A stretch of 64,000 nt of DNA from an uncultured Gammaproteobacteria bacterium (lineage in GTDB: Bacteria > Pseudomonadota > Gammaproteobacteria > GCA-001735895), in contig CAWCBX010000054.1 of assembly GCA_963793595.1 (NCBI GenBank), positions 13,943-77,942 of the forward strand, in the 5' to 3' direction. Made by a program: the position numbers and the translations under genes. Positions within the stretch are counted from its first letter, which is position 1. Each line of letters starts with the position of its first letter. The notes beneath the pieces are model-generated. The model did not search any database. It was not told where the DNA came from and worked only from the letters and a program-made list of their open reading frames with translations. This document shows positions 25,413 to 34,771 of this stretch, piece after piece.

Positions 25413-26876
25413 CTAAACCCCGGATCGCTCGAACAACACCATTTCTTTTTCATCGTTTGCACGAACTCCCAGGTCCTCCATGATCGCGTAAGTTGCGGGC
25501 AAAACCAGCAACAACAACAGGGTCGACGAAATCATGCCAAACACCACGCTCGCTACCAGCGGTATCAATACCTGGGCCTGCAAACTGGTTTCCGCAAGCA
25601 ATGGCAGCATGCCGGCTATGGTCGTAATCGAGGTCAGAAAAATAGCGCGAAAGCGATCGCGTACCGCCTGCCCGGCAGCATCGTGTAACACCATGCCCTC
25701 CAGGCAGCGCCGTTTGACAAATTCCACCAGCAGGATCGAATCGTTGACGACAACTCCGGCCAGCGATACAAACCCGATCATACTCGGCATGGTGATATCC
25801 AGCCCCATAAATTTATGGCCCCAGACCACGCCGATCAGCGCCAGTGGAATATTCATCAGCACGACCAGCGGCTCGCGATAGTTCCTGAACTGGAAACTGA
25901 GCAGGAAATAGACCCCACAGATACCGAGCATGAATCCCGTCAATACTGAAGTATTGGTTTCCTGGCTATTTTTAACCTCGCCTTCCAGGCTGACATACAT
26001 CCCGGGATAGCGTTGCTGCAAACCTTGAAGAAATCGTTCCCGAGTATCACCGATGATTTCATTGGTGTTTGCGATATCGGCATCGATATCGCCTGAAATG
26101 GTAACGGTGCGCTGATGATCGATACGAGTGATGCGCGAGAATTCCCGTTTCTCTTCGATACTGGCGATCGCGTTTAACGGTATATCGACTCCCTGGTTGT
26201 TAAACAGGCTGAGCTGTTCGAAATCGCGCAGCGCATTTTCACGATCGGTATCAAGCCTGACGTTGATTTCATAGGCTTCCCGACCACGGTAAATATCATC
26301 TACCTTTACGCCCTGGTAGGCGGCCCGCAACTGTTGCGCCAGTTGCCGCGCGTTGAGTCCGGAAACCAGCGAGCCTGGCCGCAGGCTGACCGTGAACTGG
26401 GGCTTGCCCTGGCGCAAATCGTCCATCACGTTGGAAACCCCGGGATAACCATTCAGCCAGGTCTGTAATTCCCAGGAGGCGCTGGACAATAGTTGCAAAT
26501 CGTCGTGCTGCAGGCGTATCGAAATCGCCTGCCCCGCCGGACCCAACCTGGGTTCCTTGAACTGCACTGATACCACATCGGCGATCGGCCCGGTGGTTTC
26601 CAGCCATAGCCGTCGCAGCTCGTTGAGCGAGGTATTGCGCTTCTCCGAATCGAGCAAGTCCAGACTGATGGTCGCGAGATGCGCGCCTTCTTCCCCGGCA
26701 TCGGCATTGTTACTGTAGAAAACCTGGATATGCCTGATCAATTCGCCTGCTGTTTCGGGCGGTAGCTGCTCGCTCGCCTGTCGCAAGCTGGCAATCAACT
26801 TCGCCACCACGGCCTCGGTCCCATCGCCGCGCGCCGCGCGGCGGCGGCGGCGGCGGCCGCTCATCGCATCAATCAA
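25413..26876 (-). CDS. RND (AcrB/HAE-type) efflux permease, C-terminal half only; 5'-truncated at the junction
   Basis: Second periplasmic loop plus the C-terminal TM bundle (FMLGICGVYFLLSFQFRNYREPLVVLMNIPLALIG...VVVNDSILLVEF...IFLTSITTIAGMLPL). Full-length RND pumps are about 1,030 aa and only ~470 native-looking residues are present. The apparent N-terminus MIDAMSGRRRRRRAAR is encoded by the GGC/CGG repeat and is not a real start. Confidence 0.85.
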   Translation of the reverse strand: MIDAMSGRRRRRRAARGDGTEAVVAKLIASLRQASEQLPPETAGELIRHIQVFYSNNADAGEEGAHLATISLDLLDSEKRNTSLNELRRLWLETTGPIADVVSVQFKEPRLGPAGQAISIRLQHDDLQLLSSASWELQTWLNGYPGVSNVMDDLRQGKPQFTVSLRPGSLVSGLNARQLAQQLRAAYQGVKVDDIYRGREAYEINVRLDTDRENALRDFEQLSLFNNQGVDIPLNAIASIEEKREFSRITRIDHQRTVTISGDIDADIANTNEIIGDTRERFLQGLQQRYPGMYVSLEGEVKNSQETNTSVLTGFMLGICGVYFLLSFQFRNYREPLVVLMNIPLALIGVVWGHKFMGLDITMPSMIGFVSLAGVVVNDSILLVEFVKRRCLEGMVLHDAAGQAVRDRFRAIFLTSITTIAGMLPLLAETSLQAQVLIPLVASVVFGMISSTLLLLLVLPATYAIMEDLGVRANDEKEMVLFERSGV

Positions 26877-27146
26877 GCAAGGGACTAGTTGGATCGTCGA
26901 TCAAGGCAGTCGATCGAGTCATCATCGGGCATGGTCCAGATGCCATGCCCCATGCCCAGAGACAGACCCCCGCTTGATACGTACTTCTAGTACTCTAGTA
27001 GAACGAGGCTCATACTCTCTAGAGTAGGCAAACATCAAAGAAACGACAACAATCTCACCGACGAGCCCTCTAGATTGCGGCCAACTCGACTCTAGCTCTT
27101 TGAAGACAAAGCTACTCTAGACTAGTAAGTCAAGTACCCACCTCCA

Positions 27147-28147
27147 ATGGAGCGGGCTGCTCTCCGGTTAAGACGCGGGCGGAAGCGTGACGAATCATCA
27201 TCATCTGCTGATCGGGCGTCGAGTGATGGTGATGACACCACCACCGGCAGCAGCAGCACGATGGATCTCCGAGAGATGGTCGACCTATTCGAGCACGGTG
27301 TACCCGTCAAGGATCGAAAGTGGCATGCTCGTACCTACCCCAAGTGCTTTGTTGGGACGGAAGCTGTATCCTTCATGGTAAAGGCTGGGATGGCAACATC
27401 GCGGGAAGCTGCAGTCAAACTTGGTCTTAGACTTTGCAATGAGTACAACCTGTTCGAGCACGTCTGCCGAGAGCACGAATTCAAGGACGGGTATCTTTTC
27501 TATCGCTTCGTTGGGAAACGCAAGCGCTTTGTACCGATGATTGACGAATGTGCGGCTACGCTAGTCCTGAACGAGGCATTGATGGGTATGGACGACGACG
27601 ATGACGATGACCGGTCAAGTACATCAACAACAAGCACGTCAGGTGATGAAATGTATGGTCTAAGAGAAGTCTCAAAGGCCTTGGAGAGCGGTTTGGAAGT
27701 AAAAGACCGCAAGTGGCATTTGAGAACTTATGCGGACTGCTTCATTGGGACCGATGCCGTTGATTTTCTAATCATCAACGGTTACGCACGGACTAGAGCA
27801 GATGCAGTCAAGTTAGGACGGAAAGTGGCCTCCTCTCTCAATCTATTCCATCATGTCACGGGAGACCACCTGCTCGAGGATGATCTCCTTTACTACCGAT
27901 TTAGTAGCGAAAAGGACAGGATCAAGTGGAAGGCATCACAAAAAGAAATGTCTCTCGAACAAAAGGCCAAAGCATTTGAGAGCGGGGTTACAGTAGAAAC
28001 AAATCGATATCACTTGCAGTCGTACCCCAATACTTTTGTAGGGTGCAAAGCTGTAGACTTTATGGTCAAGAGCGGCCTAGCGGATTCCCGAATTGCTGCC
28101 GTTGAACTTGGACGGGATTTCGTAAAGCACGCGAATTTGTTCCATCA
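27147..28147 (+). CDS. multi-DEP-domain protein, exon 1
   Basis: DEP repeats 1-3, e.g. VKDRKWHARTYPKCFVGTEAVSFMV...LFEHVCREHEFKDGYLFYRF. The exon ends at CA|GTGAGT. Removing 28148-28259 restores LFHHVTGDHEFRDDWLFYRF, which matches the preceding repeat LFHHVTGDHLLEDDLLYYRF. Confidence 0.85.
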
Positions 28148-28259
28148 GTGAGTAAATGCAAGCTATTGTTTCCGTTGAGAGTTTCTTTTTAGTATGGCTC
28201 ATTCACAATACATCTTGTTTTTAACATCACTTTTTGAATTCTATCCGTGCCGAGCGCAG

Positions 28260-31200
28260 CGTTACCGGAGACCACGAATTCCGCGACGATTGGTTGTTTT
28301 ATAGATTTGCAGACGAGAATGACCGTGTATGTATATCTCCAGATATAATGTCATTGCGACTGAGCGGCTCCTCTTCTGATGCTGCCGGTATATCTCTAGA
28401 GACAATTGGTGAAATTATTCGCAACGGAATAATGGTAAAAGATATTCAGCGCGGAAAGAAAGTTTACAGGAATTGCTTTGTTGCGGCCGATGCTGTCTCC
28501 TTTATGGTAGATTCATCTCTCGCTGAAACAAGGAGAGAAGCAGTGGTGCTTGGTAGGACATTGGAAAATACGCTCAACTTGTTCGAGTACGTGAGCACCA
28601 CAAAAGGATCTGGACATGGCAATAAGAGACCATTCTCTGACGACCGACTTGTGTTTCGATTCAGCGAGAAGAACGTCTCCGCAACAAAATTTTCATCGTT
28701 TAGAGAGAGTCAAAGTGAGCAGTTGTCGTCTCATTCGTCTGCCTTGTCTGAGGATGATACGTTGCAGCTTGCGGATATTGCCGAAACTTTCCGTGAAAAT
28801 ATCATTGTCAAGGATAGAAGGTGGAATTTCAAGACATACAGACAATGTTTTGTCGGAAAGCATGCGGTTGATTTCCTTGTAATGTCAAAGCTTGCCACAT
28901 CAAGAGAGGATGCAGTGAGAATAGGCCGTGATTTGATGCATTCCTTTGACTTATTTCGTCATGTTGGTAACAGGCATCAAGAATTTCAAGACCAATATCT
29001 GTACTACCGATTCAACGGATACGGCCCCATCCGACGTAAGAGATCCCAAAGCAGTGTGTTGCTGTGGAACCAAGCGGAATTGAAAACAATCGCCAAAGCA
29101 TTCGAGCAAGGAGTCAAAGTCAAGGACAACCGTTCTAATCTGCGCTTGTATAGGGGGACCTTTACTGGAAAGGACGCTGTGACATGTTTGATAGAATCAG
29201 GCATTGCATCGACGAGAGATGATGCGCTTGACATCGGGCGATCTCTGGCGACAGAGTTTAATTTGTTTCACAATGTGTCATCTGTGTGCTCCTTCACAGC
29301 GATTGAGCAAGGTTCTGAATGCAGACTACACGACAACGAACAGCGCATATATCGATTCACGAAAGTCAAAGACCGATGGTACTGGGTTGATGATTTCAAA
29401 GCCGACGATGCGCTTGAATCCCCTGTATTGGATCTTGGCGTTTCATCGAATGATGACAAATGGGCCGAGAGAGTCAGAGCATTCGAGAGAAACAAGCTTC
29501 TTAGTGTCTACTCACCTTCACGAGCATCCCTCATCGGCTCCGGTCACCACTCATCGCGAAGCATAAGATGGGCGTCGGAGTTCTATAGAAGTGATCCCAG
29601 ATACCAAATCTTCGATTTTTTCGCCGATGTAGCTCAGCTCGCAGCCATGGATGTGGAACGATTCCACATAAATATTGAGTCGATACGCCCACTGCTGCGA
29701 TATTTGTACCGCGGTTCAGTCTTCACGGTATGGCGACCGACATCTCGTATCGCCATTCGTCGGATGATGATGGGAGAAGCTGTCGGAAAGGGCTTAGACA
29801 TTAAGGGAAAATCTGCTCGACGAGGTAAATTATCAGGGTTTGTGCCGTTCCTCCAAATTAGTGAGAATGCTCACAAGAAAAAGATTCGCCCGCTTCCAAA
29901 GAATGGCGCAGTACGACTCTTTTTTCCTGGCGGAGATGGAGTCATGGCGCGAGACTCAGTCTCGACTAAGTTGGAAAGTGTCGCCAAAGATATGCTTGAT
30001 ATTGTCAAAGAAGCACGACGAACGCTCAATGACGCTCGAGCGGATTCGAGTGCTCGCAAGGATGCAGTCGAGAGCATGATGCTTGATATGGTAGATCCTT
30101 CAATTGTTTACATTGACGATTACGCCCCTACCTCATACGGACTTGAAATTCCCGTCCGTTTGTTTTGGGAGGCATTTGTTATCCAACAAAATGTTGACAG
30201 ACATCCAGGATCACAATATGACGCTGGTAGACCGAGCCAAGCTGCGTTTCAGGATATGAATATTGGTTCGTTACAGGCTCCCCGTACGGATGGTAAGCCC
30301 ACCCCAGTACTGATACAGAATGATAGAGATCTCGATCCCTTTAATCCGTTTGAGCTTCTAATGGCATACGAGGAGAATGGTAGAGTCTTGCCTGTTTGCA
30401 GTGACTTCGACAGCTTTTTAGTTGGGACTCGAGGAGTAGCATACACCTCGCCTTTGCCACCAGAACAAATTGAAATACTCAAGAATTCCTTAAATTGCAT
30501 CGAAGCAATACTCGACAGTCCTCCTCGACCTGAGGGGTGGACTAGCCGTTGGATCGAAGTGCTGAAGAAACAGACCGAAGCGGGATACCACCCTGTGACA
30601 CCGCGGTTTGGATTTGGATGCCCCAAGAGCATTGGTATTGTGCAGAATGCCGCAGAGAGACTAGCTATGACTGGTGCGGTCCGTCATGGAAGTGAATGCT
30701 TCAACTACTACTTTCCTCAACAGCTTGACGAAGAATTTCTAGTCATTTTCGATGGTCCTCGAGACAACCGCCTCAAATGGAAGTATGTCGATGTCAACGG
30801 CCTTCAGCAGATCTTGAAAGACAAAATTGATGATGGATTCTGTTTTCCTCTTAATCCCAAATGGATTTTATGTGACCCAGGGTGGTACTGCATATATGAA
30901 AAGCTACTCGGCAGCAAGCGAAGGAATGTGCAAGAGTCGCTTAACGTGTGGTTCCCTCCCGAGTCAAGTGTACGGGAACAAATCGAGCAAATTCATTTGA
31001 ATCATCCAGATGGATTCCAACGGAGGAGGGATCTCGACGATGTGAAGGAAAGCCTGTTCCATAAGCACTCGACAAGAGGCGCCGTAGATTTGGCCATTCA
31101 CAATCTCATTCCAGACTCAAAGGGCGAAGGTGATCAATTTGACAATTCTAGCTACACTGATGAAGCAGATATGCAGAAAAGGGTAGGTAGTGTACTTTGA
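28260..31200 (+). CDS. multi-DEP-domain protein, exon 2 (DEP repeats 3 (C-terminal part)-6 plus a ~650 aa C-terminal region of unknown function)
   Basis: The acceptor ...GCGCAG|C at 28259/28260 keeps the frame (1001 + 2941 nt = 1313 codons plus stop). There are six DEP-like units in total. No family was recognised for the C-terminal half. Confidence 0.8.
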
Positions 31201-31457
31201 GGCGCGACCGGCCAGCTGGCGGCGGCGTCTTTTTGTTAGGATTCCGCTCCGGTTGGTCCCGCCGTACGACCAACCGGACTAAAATCAGGGCACTCTTTTG
31301 CGATACCTCTTTGTAGACTTAATAATAGGTAGCAAACAAACTGAAGTGATGGATCTAAAGTATGTACACTGACAGATAAATATGTAAAAAACCACGAAAG
31401 TGATGGAGTTCCTATCTAAACTGCCCTCCTTTCTCGGAACTATCTGCGACCAGGACG

Positions 31458-33255
31458 CTATTCCCTCACTGGGGCACTATAATCATGCACCACTACGGTG
31501 TTATCAGCTCCATCTGTCACGAGCCGAAGTCCCTTCTCATCAACGCAGATCGACGACAACCACACTTTGTAGCCGGCCAGCTGATACAATATGACGGGAT
31601 GAATGTCCACATGTGGCGGATCGTCCGATCCTGCATCATACTCTGTCGCGTATTGTTCACTACTTTCGTCATCACCTTCAGCAGAAATATCATAACAAAA
31701 GTCATAAACTCTCAATGTGCCATCTTGTGAACCCGATACTAAGAGACCATTCTGGCGGCAACCCGTTAACGATACCACCATGCCACTATGAGGGGGAACG
31801 ACCAAAGGTAGTTTGGTATTATCAAACGGCTCATCGGGATCAACAATGGCAGTATCGCAGTCGGTCTGTAGCCATCTCATGCGCATAGAGCCATTGGCTC
31901 CTCCAGCAATAACAGCACCAGTTCTTGTTGCTGCCCTCTTCTTCATCGGACGCCTTACCTGCCTGAAATATCTCCACTGCTCGAATATGCGTATCGGAAT
32001 TGGTAACAGCATTGACCTTCCATGAGTCGATGTGCATTCCTTTTTCCATGGATATGAGCTCAACGGTACCACCCGTCGTACCACATGCAACCAATGCCGT
32101 TTCGTCTGAAACAGCCATATTAAGAACGCCGCTTGGAAGCTTGACATGTAGAGGAGTTTGCTCTGAAAGCGGAGCCGGATCAAATAAATCGTACCGATAG
32201 ACTGATCCCTCGAACGTTCCATCATAAACGCCAGCCCAAAGCCTGCCTTCTGCATCAATGGAAAGAGCAGTGACCTGCTTCCCACCCAATTCAGCCACCT
32301 CTCCAAGGGCAACAAGCTCGCCCTTGTCGGCATCCAAACGCCATGCCTTGGCACCGCCTTCTCTACCAGCCGAGATCACCGAATCGCCCTTGATGGCAAC
32401 GGCGGTAGTACCACCGCCGTCGAATTCACCGTACAGATATGCATTGGCATTGGGATTACCGCCAATGGGAGAGTGGGCATCATCAACTCGGGCAACAACC
32501 TCACCCCGCTCCAAATCGGCAACAAGGACGGAACCTTTGGCCGAACCGAGGGCGACGGTTGGCCAACGCTTCAAATCCAAGCGACGGACCCAGTCATTCA
32601 TGGCAAGACGCACTGAAGACTGGCACTTCGCCGATACCCAGCGCTCGCGACGGAGGGTGGATTCCGACTTGAGCTCTTCACGACGTGCCTTCAGGGCGGC
32701 TAGTATGTCAGACGATTGATCGTCACCGCCCTCAGCTACCTCACCGCCTAGCCATAAATCGTCCTCCACAATGTACGAGGCAGAGGAGTCATTGGCAGGC
32801 CCACCATTGCTCTCTGCTGCCCAGGAGGATACTGCTCTATTCAGACGAGCCTCCAATAGAGCCCGATGGATCCAATCAGTGCCCTTGTTCGTATAGAATC
32901 CACCAAGCCGAGCCTCTAAAAGAGCGCGATGTATCCAATCAGAATTCTTCCTCGTACCGGTATGGAACCCACCGAGCCGAGCCTCCAACAACGCCCTATG
33001 GACCAGTTCGCGGTCCTGATCATCCGGTTCCTTGTAGTACAGCGTGGTGCTACCGGTTGAACGATGCCGACCAACGTTGCTGCTGGGTCTGATCGGAATT
33101 CTGTTGTTCGTGATGGCACCACCTGTCGTCGATGCAGAATTTTTGGCGGGAGCTTGAAAGGCCGATACCATTGCCGATACCGAAAAGAACACGACCGCAA
33201 TCGCTACCGCCGATTCGGCGAGGCTGCAACATGATGCACGGCTTATGTTCTTCAT
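31458..33255 (-). CDS. WD40/beta-propeller-like protein with an N-terminal signal peptide; reading frame changes near 31,900-31,960
   Basis: Two overlapping minus ORFs (31840-33255 and 31458-32354) together read as one protein. The N-terminus is ...AVVFFSVSAMVSAFQAP. (W)IHRALLEARLGGF occurs three times. WD-like strands include AVIAGGANGSMRMRWL and LLVSGSQDGTLRVYDF. Confidence 0.7.
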
Positions 33256-33971
33256 TGTTGATATATATTATTATGCGATATTGTCGACGGAAGGGTAAAT
33301 GTTGACGACCAATGCGATCAGCAAAGGAGCGAACTTTCAAGCGTCAGCAGAAAGTTCTGCAGTTCTGAGAAAATCTCTCTCTAAACAGCCAAATCTGCAA
33401 ATCAGGGCGCGCGGCGAGGGGCACCCGGAGTCTGAGAGCAAGTAGTACGGGCCGCCGCGCCGTGAGCGAGCCCATGCCTACTCGTACTACCGGTAGCACT
33501 CTCTTCTAGATCTTCTATTAGACATGACGCCATGCACCGGTGCTGTCAACATGCTTAGCCACTGGCTGTTGTAAAGAAAGAATTGACTTTCCGTGGGCAA
33601 GCGGCATATGTATGTGCTCCTAAGAGCATGGAGAGTACGATATGACCAGCTTTGGTCACCATCGCTGCTCTGTGGGCGAGCGGGAGGAGCCCGAAGTGAC
33701 CCCATGGTGGAGGGTTTTGGGGCTTGATAACCCGGAGAGGGAGGGACGGTCGCGCTATAACCCCAACCTGTAACGTGCGTCGTAGATACACGTCCAGGAT
33801 CAGTACTATCAGTGGTTGGTTGTTGTAATTGTGAGGTACTCGCCAGGAGTCCTAACACTGGCTGTCACACGCAGTGATAGCGGCAGCCGTACCTCAGCTG
33901 ACTCCTTGTCAGCATCACTTCTTGCTCTGCGACCAATGGTATGCGCGGCAATACCATGCACTCTCGTTACA

Positions 33972-33984
33972 TCCCCCTTTCTTT
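33972..33984 (-). other. candidate polypurine tract of the gypsy element (AAAGAAAGGGGGA on the minus strand)
   Basis: A purine run lies immediately 5' (element sense) of TGTAACGAGAGTGCA. The same 15/16-mer recurs at the 5' break of Pol (39231-39246). There is no second LTR to confirm boundaries. Confidence 0.3.
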
Positions 33985-34771
33985 AAGTGGCTAACTGTAA
34001 AGGGTAGGAGTATCCTTCGGTGACCAGCAAAGGGTAACACAGGACCCCTCAAACCTTGGCCATGTCAGGTGTCTCCTCAGAGGATGACGATTCAGGTCCC
34101 CTATTGCTTCAGCGTTGCTCAGTGTAAAAGTAGCGGTAACTAAGCCCTGTTTCCCTTTCAGCCCGTGGAATCAAACCTGTGGCTTACTTGATTACGTGGC
34201 TACTTAGTTCCATACTAAATTTTCTTTAGCGCGGCGTTCACGATAGCTTCTCAACGTACATCTACAACAACCCTGTAGGTTCAAGGCGGTGAGCCAGGGT
34301 GATCAGTCCCGACCCGTGTCCTTCTAGTCCAAACAGTCCGCACCCCCGTACGTTACGAGGTTGCCTGTAGAAATAAATACTTAAAACAAAATAAAAGTAT
34401 ATAAAAGGACTTAATATTTAAACATGTTGTTAGATGACTTGAGCAAACAATACTTGAACTGGTGCATAAATTGGAGGCGTGCGTCGTATTCGTATTCGTA
34501 TGTAATGAAGTTCAAATTTCTCTAAAAGAAATGAGAATCGGCTGGTAGGATTCTACCGTGCGTGCAAGGGATAACCTGATTAATCGTAGTACGGTCTATT
34601 CCCTGTTCGTCTAAGATGATCTCTAACTGTCTCCAGATGTCATTGTCGATGAGATTATTGCGCGTAGTAGCTCTCGTGGATGTAGTACTTGTACGTGTGC
34701 TTGCTGGCACGCGCTGAATGGAGAAGTTAAACGGTCCTAGTAATCTATCGTCGGCGATGTTGATGTCTTCT

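Noticed and set aside
26853-26860. A NotI site (GCGGCCGC) exactly at the junction, and SpeI/XbaI sites just after it, hinting at a cloning-vector join.
   Set aside because: No vector backbone, polylinker or adaptor sequence is present. GCGGCCGC arises trivially inside a (GGC)n repeat, and CTAG-containing hexamers are common throughout the eukaryotic intergenic DNA of this window.
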